Below, in pieces: positions 11,327 to 20,619 of a DNA stretch of 35,172 nt (its first letter is position 1; every line of letters begins with the position of its first letter). The translations under genes and the position numbers were made by a program. The DNA lies in NCBI GenBank assembly GCA_041641075.1, contig JBEPZA010000001.1, positions 1-35,172 of the forward strand. The letters are read 5' to 3'. The notes under the pieces were generated by a model. The model saw only the letters and a list, made by a program, of their open reading frames with translations, had not been told where the DNA came from and did not search any database. This DNA comes from Aquificaceae bacterium. GTDB lineage: Bacteria > Aquificota > Aquificia > Aquificales > Aquificaceae.

Positions 11327-11906
11327 ACCCTACTGGTAAATGACCTCCGATGAGAGATATAAATTTACTTCCTTTTATGTATTGGTGCAATAATTTACCG
11401 CAATTAAAGGGGACAATTCTATCTTTAGTCCCATGTATTATGTATACTTCTTTATTTATGGTGTGAAGCTTAGGTCGCAAGTCCAAGTGGATGAAATCTT
11501 CAAGTAGTTTTGCAGCCTTCTTTGTATCTAGAGGAATATCTACATGTTTGTATGCTATAGTTCTAAATTCTTTTACGAAAGCGTAACCTTCTCTTCTTAG
11601 CCTTATCAAAAAAGCCCTTATGTTTTTTTCTTCCCAACATGAATAAAAGTTCGCTGTAGCACCTATCAGTATAAGTTTATTTACTTTATTAGGATTCAAT
11701 AAGCTCATCAGAAGAGCTATAGAAGCACCGAGAGACCAACCTACTATATCCGTCTTTTCTGGTATTTTTTTCAGGAGTTTTATTGCTATATCTTGCAGTG
11801 TTGAGTAACTATCTCCAATAGATTTACCATGACCGGGAAGATCTACTTTTATCCCTTTTATACAATTAAAAATTTGTGAGCTAAACCCCCATCCATGTAT
11901 TAAAAG
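11292..11906 (-). CDS. Alpha/beta-hydrolase, BioH-like carboxylesterase; start codon unresolved
   Basis: It has the oxyanion motif HGWG, the nucleophile elbow GWSLG and a C-terminal GGH. The track ORF (to 12038) is extended only by reading through tRNA-Arg and tRNA-Pro. The 5' limit is set here at the first nt after tRNA-Arg. There is no in-frame ATG/GTG/TTG between 11906 and the ATG at 11708. Confidence 0.55.
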   Translation of the reverse strand, partial: LLIHGWGFSSQIFNCIKGIKVDLPGHGKSIGDSYSTLQDIAIKLLKKIPEKTDIVGWSLGASIALLMSLLNPNKVNKLILIGATANFYSCWEEKNIRAFLIRLRREGYAFVKEFRTIAYKHVDIPLDTKKAAKLLEDFIHLDLRPKLHTINKEVYIIHGTKDRIVPFNCGKLLHQYIKGSKFISLIGGHLPVGYERTVLEILKS

Positions 11907-11980
11907 CGGGCCCGGAGGGACTCGAACCCCCGACCTAGGGATTAGAAATCCCTTGCTCTGTCCAGCTGAGCTACGGGCCC
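11907..11980 (-). tRNA. tRNA-Arg (anticodon TCT), 74 nt, no encoded CCA
   Basis: The reverse complement is GGGCCCGTAGCTCAGCTGGACAGAGCAAGGGATTTCTAATCCCTAGGTCGGGGGTTCGAGTCCCTCCGGGCCCG. The acceptor stem is GGGCCCG/CGGGCCC, the anticodon loop is TTTCTAA and the T-loop is TTCGAGT. Confidence 0.92.
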
Positions 11981-12053
11981 TCGGGGCGACAGGACTTGAA
12001 CCTGCGACCCCCGGCTCCCAAAGCCGGTGCTCTACCACCTGAGCTACACCCCG
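11981..12053 (-). tRNA. tRNA-Pro (anticodon TGG), 73 nt, no encoded CCA
   Basis: The reverse complement is CGGGGTGTAGCTCAGGTGGTAGAGCACCGGCTTTGGGAGCCGGGGGTCGCAGGTTCAAGTCCTGTCGCCCCGA. The acceptor stem is CGGGGTG/CGCCCCG and the anticodon loop is TTTGGGA. Its discriminator base directly abuts G1 of tRNA-Arg. Confidence 0.92.
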
Positions 12054-12087
12054 TCAAAAATAAATAATATAGATTAACAAAAAACTT

Positions 12088-13113
<1,026 letters not shown>

Positions 13114-13118
13114 CTATA

Positions 13119-14204
13119 TTATAACACTTCCAGTTTTGCTTTCAACGCTCCCGCTTGTTTAATAGCTTGTAATATGGATATAATCTCCCTTGGAGTTGCA
13201 CCTATTTTGTTGAGTGAGTCGACGAGTTGGGCAACAGTTGCACCTCTTAATTCTACGAGACGGGATTCTTTTTCTTTGACCTGTAATTCCGTTCTTGGGA
13301 TTATAACTGTTTGGCCTGGCGATAAAGGTGGAGGTTGTGAAACCTCTGGTCTTTCTATAATAGTTACTGTCAGTGTTCCTATCGCTACAGAAACTGGATT
13401 TATTCTAACGTCCCCACCAAGTAATATGAGACCAGATCTCCCATCTATTACTACTCTTGCGACAGAAGGTACATCTATATCTATATCTTCCACCTTTGCC
13501 AAAAATTCCACAGGCGACATATTTTCAGGTATGGTTAGCTTTATAGTGCTACTGTCTAACGCCTGAGCCACTATTGCGCCAAACTCGGCGTTTATCCTAT
13601 CTTGTATCTGCTTTGCCAAAGAAAAACTGTTCGTGTCTAGATAAAGGTGGATTTCCCTAAAGTCAGCTCTGAAGGGTAGCTCTCTTTCTATAATTGCACC
13701 ATTTGGTATTCTTCCTACTGTAGGAACATTCTGGGCTTGCGCGGCAGCTCTACCTCGGGCTTCATACCCACTTACAATCACTTGACCTTGTGCCAAAGCG
13801 TAAACTTGGCCATCCGGACCTTTCAAGGGTGTAAGTAGTAAAGTACCACCTTCTAAGCTTTTTGCATCACCTATGGCAGATACTTCTACATCGATTGGCA
13901 TACCAGGTTTGGCGTAAGGTGGTATTTTCGCTGTCACCACTACAGCTGCCACGTTTTTTACAGTTATTCTCCTCTCATCTACGTTTATTCCCATGCTTCT
14001 CAACATGTTAGCTATGCTTCTTGTTGTGAATAAGGTGCTTTTGCCATCTCCTGTTCCTTTAAGTCCTGTGACCAAACCGTATCCAATCAAGTAGTTACTT
14101 CTGTTACCTTCTATGTTTGCTATATCTTTTATCTTCGTTGCAAAGCTTGTGCTAAAAAAAAGCACTAGAAAGGCAAGAGCTTTGCTAATATACGAGTTAA
14201 CCAT
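13119..14204 (-). CDS. flgI: Flagellar P-ring protein FlgI
   Basis: 361 aa with a signal peptide followed by KIKDIANIEGNRSNYLIGYGLVTGLKGTGD. The C-terminal LVDSLNKIGATPREIISILQAIKQAGAL is typical of FlgI. Confidence 0.9.
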   Translation of the reverse strand: MVNSYISKALAFLVLFFSTSFATKIKDIANIEGNRSNYLIGYGLVTGLKGTGDGKSTLFTTRSIANMLRSMGINVDERRITVKNVAAVVVTAKIPPYAKPGMPIDVEVSAIGDAKSLEGGTLLLTPLKGPDGQVYALAQGQVIVSGYEARGRAAAQAQNVPTVGRIPNGAIIERELPFRADFREIHLYLDTNSFSLAKQIQDRINAEFGAIVAQALDSSTIKLTIPENMSPVEFLAKVEDIDIDVPSVARVVIDGRSGLILLGGDVRINPVSVAIGTLTVTIIERPEVSQPPPLSPGQTVIIPRTELQVKEKESRLVELRGATVAQLVDSLNKIGATPREIISILQAIKQAGALKAKLEVL

Positions 14205-14833
14205 CCTGGACTTCCTCCATCAGCCAAAAATCCCTTTCCATCTATAAATACTTCTAAGTTTGCAATTTTATCGCTCGTTACTGTGTTAGACGTATCTAAG
14301 TCCTCTGGTCTAACTATACCTCTTAGAACAATCTCCCTTTGAGTATTGTTCATGTAAAAGTTCTTTTTTGCTTCTATCAGCATGCTTTTATTTGGGTATA
14401 CCTTCATCACTCTTCCAGCAAGTTTGGTTGTAAGTATGCCAGATTGCTGGACTCTTCCACGAGCTTGGTTTTGCATCTGTCCACTTGCCCCTGCGCTCAA
14501 TTTATCTAGAATTGTTCTGTCTAAACCAAACAGAGAAGATATTCCTTCTCTTATTTGAGCGGATCTCTGAGTCTGTGCGGCTACATTTTCAACTGCGTTC
14601 ATACTTTCTATTACCTGGATAAATACTACATCCCCTACTTTATTGGCTTTTGTATCCGCAAAAAGATTTACGTTCCCATTTTTGGGCATCAGGCTTCCCT
14701 TCGATGCATACTCTATCGTTTCTTCTCTTCCTGGGTAAGGATTTTTCTTCTCGTAGTCTTCTAAAGTGGTCACAGTGGGACCACAAGAGTGTAATACTAC
14801 AAAAACCCCCAAGAGGATGCCTATCTCCCTCAT
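14165..14833 (-). CDS. flgH: Flagellar L-ring lipoprotein FlgH
   Basis: 222 aa with a lipobox (VLHSC). GDVVFIQVIES, VLRGIVRPEDL and the GKG..ADG segment match FlgH. It overlaps flgI by 40 nt. Confidence 0.85.
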   Translation of the reverse strand: MREIGILLGVFVVLHSCGPTVTTLEDYEKKNPYPGREETIEYASKGSLMPKNGNVNLFADTKANKVGDVVFIQVIESMNAVENVAAQTQRSAQIREGISSLFGLDRTILDKLSAGASGQMQNQARGRVQQSGILTTKLAGRVMKVYPNKSMLIEAKKNFYMNNTQREIVLRGIVRPEDLDTSNTVTSDKIANLEVFIDGKGFLADGGSPGWLTRILAKLLPF

Positions 14834-14887
14834 AAGTAATATGATAATTCAATAAGCTTAGGCTTAAAATGTATTAACATTTTTAGT

Positions 14888-16279
14888 ATGTGCGGAATAT
14901 TTGGAATCTATAATGCAGAAAATGCAGAAGTAATGGCTTTTTATGGAATATACGCTCTGCAGCATAGGGGACAAGAAAGTGTAGGCATAGCGGCGAGCAA
15001 TCTAGAGGATATAAAAGTTATCAGAAAGCCAGGTATGGTCCTTGAGGCTATAAAGAAAGAGGATTTGAGAGATTTAAAGGGAAAAATGGCTATTGCTCAC
15101 GTAAGATACTCAACAGCTGGAGATGATGGGATTATGAACGCCCAACCTATAGTTAAGCAAACTCCATTAGGTAAAGTTGCTATCGTACACAACGGTAACT
15201 TAACCAACTATCAAGTTTTAAGGAAAGAAGTCATAAAAGCTGGTTTTGCCCCAGAATACACATCAGATACAGAGGTTATTCCAATTTTGATGAGTATTGG
15301 TACTTACCTACCAGAGAATTTGAGTGTACATCCAGAGGACAGAGATATCCTCCCAAGGATCATCTATGCTGTTTCTAAAGTAAAAGGGGCATATAGCATC
15401 ATAATGATGATAAAGGACAAGATGATTGTTGTGAGGGATATATATGGTTTCAGACCCTTACTTATGGGGAGATTGAAAGATAGTATACTTTTTGCTTCCG
15501 AAAGCTGTGCCTTTGACATACTTGGAGCGCAAACTTGGAGGGAGATAAAGCCAGGTGAGATTCTGATAGTTGATGAAAGAGGTATAAGAAGTTATATGCC
15601 TTTTGAGCAAAAAAAGTTGGCTATGTGCATTTTTGAGTTTGTTTATTTCTCCAAACCTGAGAGTTTTATATTTGGCGATTGGGTATACCCTATCAGAAAA
15701 GCCATGGGACAGCAGTTAGCAAAAGAAGATAACATACAAGCGGACGTAGTTGTTCCAGTTCCAGACTCTGGATTAGTTCCCGCTATAGGATACTCCCAAG
15801 AAAAAGGAATCCCATTGGAGTTAGGTATAATAAGAAACCATTACGTAGGAAGGAGTTTTATTGAGCCTACTCAAGAGCTAAGGGACATTAAAGTTTTGAT
15901 GAAATTAAATCCAAATCGTTCTGTCCTACAAAATAAGAAGGTAGTGGTTATTGATGATTCTTTGGTGAGAGGGACAACTTCTAAGAGAATAGTAAGTATG
16001 CTGAGAAATGCGGGTGCTAAAGAAGTGCACTTAAGGATTGCTTCTCCTCCAGTGATAGGTCCGTGTTACTATGGTATAGACACACCTACAAGGGAAGAAC
16101 TCATAGCTAACCGATTCAGTATAGAGGAAATTAGAAACTTTATAAATGCGGATTCTCTTATGTATCTAAGTCTTGATGGATTAAGAAAGTGTGTAAGAGA
16201 TGCCAGTCAGTTCTGTGATGCGTGTTTTAGTAACAACTACCCTTTGGAATACGAAGACACAATTACGTGTAAGCTCTAA
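14888..16279 (+). CDS. purF: Amidophosphoribosyltransferase
   Basis: 463 aa with the MCGIFGI N-terminal nucleophile Cys, the PRTase motif [14 protein letters not shown] and C-terminal Cys residues for the FeS cluster. Confidence 0.93.
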   Translation: MCGIFGIYNAENAEVMAFYGIYALQHRGQESVGIAASNLEDIKVIRKPGMVLEAIKKEDLRDLKGKMAIAHVRYSTAGDDGIMNAQPIVKQTPLGKVAIVHNGNLTNYQVLRKEVIKAGFAPEYTSDTEVIPILMSIGTYLPENLSVHPEDRDILPRIIYAVSKVKGAYSIIMMIKDKMIVVRDIYGFRPLLMGRLKDSILFASESCAFDILGAQTWREIKPGEILIVDERGIRSYMPFEQKKLAMCIFEFVYFSKPESFIFGDWVYPIRKAMGQQLAKEDNIQADVVVPVPDSGLVPAIGYSQEKGIPLELGIIRNHYVGRSFIEPTQELRDIKVLMKLNPNRSVLQNKKVVVIDDSLVRGTTSKRIVSMLRNAGAKEVHLRIASPPVIGPCYYGIDTPTREELIANRFSIEEIRNFINADSLMYLSLDGLRKCVRDASQFCDACFSNNYPLEYEDTITCKL

Positions 16280-17109
16280 ACTTCTGCTCCATCTAAGGCT
16301 TTGCCACAATTACACGTTCTTTCCGTTGGTAATCTCTTTACAAACTCCACGATTATGGTTTTGATTTCTTCTTCTTTTGATTTCATCAAAGCTATAACTT
16401 CATCGCTTGTTAACTTGGTTTTGGATATGCCTGCTGCTGGATTGGAAACTACGCAAAGGGATGCATAACACATCTCCAGCTCTCTGGCTAGGACTACCTC
16501 TGGATATCCAGTCATACCTACAACATCCCCACCCAAAGTTTGCATATACCTTATTTCAGAGGGTGTTTCAAACCTTGGTCCTTGTGTGCATACGTATGTT
16601 GCTCGAGTGTGATAGGGGTATTTGAGATTATCGAAAACTCGGATTAGTTCTAATCGCATCTGCGGACAGTAAGGATCCGACATATCTACGTGAACCACTT
16701 TACCTTCTCTAATTAATCTGGATGGCTTATCATCTCCGCAAACCCATTTTGAGAATTTACCTTCGTAAAAGGTTGCTTCTCTGTCCTTTGTAAACTCTAT
16801 GAAATCTTCTATGATTACAAAATCACCAGGATTATACTTGGGGTTGATACCACCAACCGCTGAAATTGCCAAGACCCTCTTTATGCCAAGTTCTTTAAGA
16901 GCCCAAAAATTTGCCCTGTAGGGTATTAGATGCGGGGGGTAAATGTGTCCCACGCCATGCCTGGAGATAAAGGCTATCTTGGTGTCTTCTATTTTACCCA
17001 AAATTATGGGAGATGATGGTTCGCCAAATGGTGTTTTTAGTCTCACTTCATCCACAATTTGCACGCCTTCTATCTTGTAAAGTCCACTACCACCTATTAT
17101 GCCAATCAT
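16276..17109 (-). CDS. mtnP: S-methyl-5'-thioadenosine phosphorylase
   Basis: 277 aa. [26 protein letters not shown] and the overall PNP/MTAP layout are present. Confidence 0.85.
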   Translation of the reverse strand: MIGIIGGSGLYKIEGVQIVDEVRLKTPFGEPSSPIILGKIEDTKIAFISRHGVGHIYPPHLIPYRANFWALKELGIKRVLAISAVGGINPKYNPGDFVIIEDFIEFTKDREATFYEGKFSKWVCGDDKPSRLIREGKVVHVDMSDPYCPQMRLELIRVFDNLKYPYHTRATYVCTQGPRFETPSEIRYMQTLGGDVVGMTGYPEVVLARELEMCYASLCVVSNPAAGISKTKLTSDEVIALMKSKEEEIKTIIVEFVKRLPTERTCNCGKALDGAEV

Positions 17110-17387
17110 TCTAAAATTAGAAGACTATCTGTTCCTCCAAAAGGATTTGGGACGTAGTCGTCAGCTTTATCATCGTTTATCCAGTTTGTCTCATTTACAA
17201 TGTATTTAAACCTATATCTACCTTTCTTCAGCCGCTTTGTTATCCAAAAAGCCCCTTCCTTGTTCCTTTTCATAGCTTCCCTTTCCCACCCGTTCCACTC
17301 TCCAGCTATGTAAACACTTTGGGCCTCTTTCAGACTGACCCTAAAAGTCACCCAACACACATCTTGTTTACATTTTTTTTCGATCAT
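17106..17387 (-). CDS. Stand-alone CBM48 / AMPK-beta-like glycogen-binding domain protein
   Basis: 93 aa. [20 protein letters not shown]......FWI...[14 protein letters not shown] matches the CBM48 (E_set) pattern. Its stop overlaps the mtnP start (ATGA). Confidence 0.65.
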   Translation of the reverse strand: MIEKKCKQDVCWVTFRVSLKEAQSVYIAGEWNGWEREAMKRNKEGAFWITKRLKKGRYRFKYIVNETNWINDDKADDYVPNPFGGTDSLLILE

Positions 17388-17421
17388 AAAAATGATTATA
17401 ATTTAATGGAAGGAGGTTTCG

Positions 17422-17757
17422 ATGAAAAATAATTACATTGATACACAAATCCTTGAAGAACTGTCAAACTTAGAATTCTTTATAGTTAAGAATCATGTGG
17501 GAACTTCAGAGTTCTGGAAAGAGTGGCAAGAAAAGTTCTCTAGGGCTTACATGGGCAAAGTTGCCATAAAGAAACTACTAAAGACGAAAAAGCTTTCTTA
17601 CGAAGAGGCGTCTAGATACAAAACACAGCTCAGAGTGTACGATGATGTTATCGTATATCTAGAAACACTAAAAAACATAGCTATGAGCCTAAAGGGGATT
17701 ACAAGCTTTGGTAGCAGTCCAGAATTTGATGATGAGGATATAGATTTTGATTTTTGA
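17422..17757 (+). CDS. Hypothetical small protein, predicted helical with an acidic/aromatic C-terminal tip
   Basis: 111-aa ORF preceded by GGAGGT 6 nt upstream and lying 12 nt upstream of pgk. I recognise no family. The C-terminus is EFDDEDIDFDF. Confidence 0.5.
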   Translation: MKNNYIDTQILEELSNLEFFIVKNHVGTSEFWKEWQEKFSRAYMGKVAIKKLLKTKKLSYEEASRYKTQLRVYDDVIVYLETLKNIAMSLKGITSFGSSPEFDDEDIDFDF

Positions 17758-17769
17758 TGAGGATAAATT

Positions 17770-18966
17770 ATGGCACTCAAGAAAAAAACCCTAAAGGACG
17801 TGGATGTAGCAGGTAAAAGGGTCCTTGTTAGGGTAGATTTTAACGTGCCCATAGATGAGCAAGGAAACATAGAAGACGATACACGCATAAAATCCAGTTT
17901 ACCTACAATAGAGTATTTGCTGGATAATAAGGCTAAAGTGATACTAGTATCTCATTTAGGGAGACCAAAGGGTGTAAAAAGTCCAGAATACAGCCTTTTA
18001 CCTGTGGCTAAAAGATTGTCTAGATTAATAAACAGGGAAATCAAGTTTGTAAAAGATTGTATAGGGCCTGAAGTGCATTCTGCTATAGAAAATCTAAAAG
18101 AGGGTGAAATCCTATTGCTTGAGAATGTTAGATTCTATCCTGAAGAAGAGAAGGGGGATGAGAGCTTTGCTAGGGAACTTGCCAAACTAGGAGATGTTTA
18201 CGTAAATGATGCCTTTGGCACATCTCACAGAAAACACGCATCGATTTATCACGTAGCCAAATTCCTAAAACCAGCGGTCATGGGGTTTTTGTTAGAAAAG
18301 GAGGTTTCCTTTTTTGAGAAAGCGTTGCTAAATCCTCAAAGACCTGTGGTTGCAATCCTTGGTGGGGCCAAGGTTTCCACAAAGCTTGGTGTGATAAGAA
18401 ACCTTTTGGATCGTGTAGACAAAATTTTCATAGGTGGAGCAATGGCGTTTACTTTTATAAAGTCTATGGGTTACCCAGTAGGAAGTTCACTAGTAGAGGA
18501 TGATTTGTGCCATACTGCAAGAGAAATAACGAATCTAGCTAAAGAAAAGAAAGTAAAGTTTTACATGCCTGTGGATTTTGTTATAGGTAAGGATCTATCA
18601 GACAGTACGCCTACAAAAGTTGTGGCTTGGCAAGAAATACCTCAAGATTGGATGGGGTTGGATATTGGACCAGCATCCGTTATGCTCGTAAGAGAGGTAT
18701 TATCAGATGCACAAACTATAATCTGGAACGGTCCTATGGGTGCTTTTGAGTATGATAGATTCAAAGATGGCACGTTTCATGTAGCAAAGTTAATAGCAGA
18801 ATCTCCAGCTTTATCGATAGCTGGTGGTGGCGATACGGACCACGCAATACACAAAGCTGGTGTATACAGTGCCATAGACTTTGTATCTACTGGAGGAGGA
18901 GCCTTTTTGGAGCTCTTGGAAAAAAATATGTTACCGGGCATAGAGGTTTTAGATGATAGGGATTGA
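17770..18966 (+). CDS. pgk: Phosphoglycerate kinase
   Basis: 398 aa with RVDFNVP, SHLGRPKG, NDAFGTSHR and STGGGAFLE motifs. Confidence 0.94.
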   Translation: MALKKKTLKDVDVAGKRVLVRVDFNVPIDEQGNIEDDTRIKSSLPTIEYLLDNKAKVILVSHLGRPKGVKSPEYSLLPVAKRLSRLINREIKFVKDCIGPEVHSAIENLKEGEILLLENVRFYPEEEKGDESFARELAKLGDVYVNDAFGTSHRKHASIYHVAKFLKPAVMGFLLEKEVSFFEKALLNPQRPVVAILGGAKVSTKLGVIRNLLDRVDKIFIGGAMAFTFIKSMGYPVGSSLVEDDLCHTAREITNLAKEKKVKFYMPVDFVIGKDLSDSTPTKVVAWQEIPQDWMGLDIGPASVMLVREVLSDAQTIIWNGPMGAFEYDRFKDGTFHVAKLIAESPALSIAGGGDTDHAIHKAGVYSAIDFVSTGGGAFLELLEKNMLPGIEVLDDRD

Positions 18967-19750
18967 GCGTATAGTTAAAGTAGCGAAGGAAGCTTCACTT
19001 TTAGGTGGACTGGTTTTAAGAGAAAACTTCAAAAAAGTAGACCAATGTGGTATTCAAGAGAAAGCGGAAAAAGATATAGTAAGTTACGTTGACAGAACAT
19101 CCGAAGACATAATTCGTGATTACATACTTAAGAACTTCCCAGATCACGATATAGTAGGAGAAGAGCGCGGTGGCAAAGCCGAAGGTGATTACGTATGGTA
19201 TGTAGATCCATTGGATGGTACTAAAAACTACATATCCGGTTTTCCAATTTTTGGAACATCTGTAGGAGTTACCTACAAAGGAGAACCTGTAGCAGGTGCC
19301 GTGTACCTTCCTTACTTTAACACCCTGTACTGGGCAGGTAAAGGTTTAGGAGCTTGGAAGGATGGAACACAAATTCACGTAAGTGATAATGATCAATTAA
19401 AAAGATGCAGTGTTGCCTATGGTTTTCCCTCCAGAGCAAACAGGGATTTAGACATATACTGGAACGTATTTAAATCAATATTTGATAAAGTTGGTTCTAT
19501 GAGAAGACCTGGAGCTGCCGCCGTTGATTTGTGCTTTTTGGCAGAAGGTATATTCGATGGTGTTGTAGAGTTTGAGTTAAATCCTTGGGATGTATGTGCG
19601 GGCATAATTATAGTAAAAGAGGCTGGTGGATTAGTTGACTTGACGAATGGACTAAAAAAGGCAACAGATATAATCTCGGCTACACCCTACCTGTATCCTT
19701 TCCTTGAAAAACTGGTAAACTCGCATCTAAAGGGGGTTATAACTAAATGA
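18953..19750 (+). CDS. Inositol monophosphatase-family phosphatase (possible bifunctional IMPase/FBPase)
   Basis: 265 aa with metal-binding motifs GEE (VGEERG), WYVDPLDGTKNY and the C-terminal WDVCAG. Confidence 0.85.
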   Translation: MIGIERIVKVAKEASLLGGLVLRENFKKVDQCGIQEKAEKDIVSYVDRTSEDIIRDYILKNFPDHDIVGEERGGKAEGDYVWYVDPLDGTKNYISGFPIFGTSVGVTYKGEPVAGAVYLPYFNTLYWAGKGLGAWKDGTQIHVSDNDQLKRCSVAYGFPSRANRDLDIYWNVFKSIFDKVGSMRRPGAAAVDLCFLAEGIFDGVVEFELNPWDVCAGIIIVKEAGGLVDLTNGLKKATDIISATPYLYPFLEKLVNSHLKGVITK

Positions 19751-20619
19751 GGCTCCTTATTGCTGTAGATTTCACGGAGGTTACAAATCCATTAATAAGA
19801 CTTGCCAAGCTTATAGCTCAGGCTCACAATGCTCAGGTAAGTATAATCAATACTGTATCCCCTGTGCTTTATATGCCATATCCCGAAAGCTTTGGAATGA
19901 ATGTGGTAGATCTAGAACTAATATCTCAAATGCAGAAAAATAAACTAGAAGAAGCAAAAACAAAGCTAGAAGCACTAAAAACTTATCTAAAACCCATAGA
20001 TGCTCAAATTATTGCAGAAGTTGGTGATGCTGCCGAAATTTTACTTGCAAAAGAAGGTGAATTTGATCTAATCTTGTTGGCTGCACACAAGAAGAGTCTC
20101 GTGGAAAAAATACTGATAGGATCCACTACAGAAAAGGTGGCTAAGTATACCAAAAAGCCTCTCCTAATTTTGAAAGGAAAAGAGGTAGAGAACATTAAGA
20201 AAGTTTGCATTGCTTACGACTTTTCCAAGAACTCCTATCAAGCCTTCAAGTTCTCTTTAGAATTCTTAAAACCTTTCTCTCCTCAAGTATTAATAGTTCA
20301 TATAGAAGAAACTATTGATTTACCTTTAATAGACAGTATAAAAGATGCAATAACAGAGCAATATAAGCGAGAAAGACAACAGCATCTAGAAAAACTCCTT
20401 CAAGACCTGAAGGAAGCGGGTATGGATGCAAGCTACATTATTCAAGCATCCGAAAGTCCAGCAAAAGGAATAATAAATTACGTAGAAAAGGAAAATCCAG
20501 ATTTGGTCATTCTGGGCTCTCGTGGACTTTCTAGCATAGAAAGAGTCCTAATGGGGAGCACTACTTCCGAGCTCTTAAAAAAGTTACAGTTACCTCTGCT
20601 TATACATAGGAGCCTATGA
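19747..20619 (+). CDS. Universal stress protein, tandem Usp domains
   Basis: 290 aa with two repeats. Each ends in a G-x2-G-x9-GS type ATP-binding motif (IGSTTEKVAKY.. and LGSRGLSSIERVLMGSTTSELL). Confidence 0.8.
   Translation: MRLLIAVDFTEVTNPLIRLAKLIAQAHNAQVSIINTVSPVLYMPYPESFGMNVVDLELISQMQKNKLEEAKTKLEALKTYLKPIDAQIIAEVGDAAEILLAKEGEFDLILLAAHKKSLVEKILIGSTTEKVAKYTKKPLLILKGKEVENIKKVCIAYDFSKNSYQAFKFSLEFLKPFSPQVLIVHIEETIDLPLIDSIKDAITEQYKRERQQHLEKLLQDLKEAGMDASYIIQASESPAKGIINYVEKENPDLVILGSRGLSSIERVLMGSTTSELLKKLQLPLLIHRSL

Noticed and set aside
11907-12038. 44-aa N-terminal extension of the hydrolase ORF (MVEHRLWEPGVAGSSPVAPRARSSAGQSKGFLIPRSGVRVPPGP).
   Set aside because: It is the in-frame translation of tRNA-Pro and tRNA-Arg, starting from a GTG inside tRNA-Pro. 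Its Gly/Pro/Arg/Ser-rich composition is unlike the rest of the protein.
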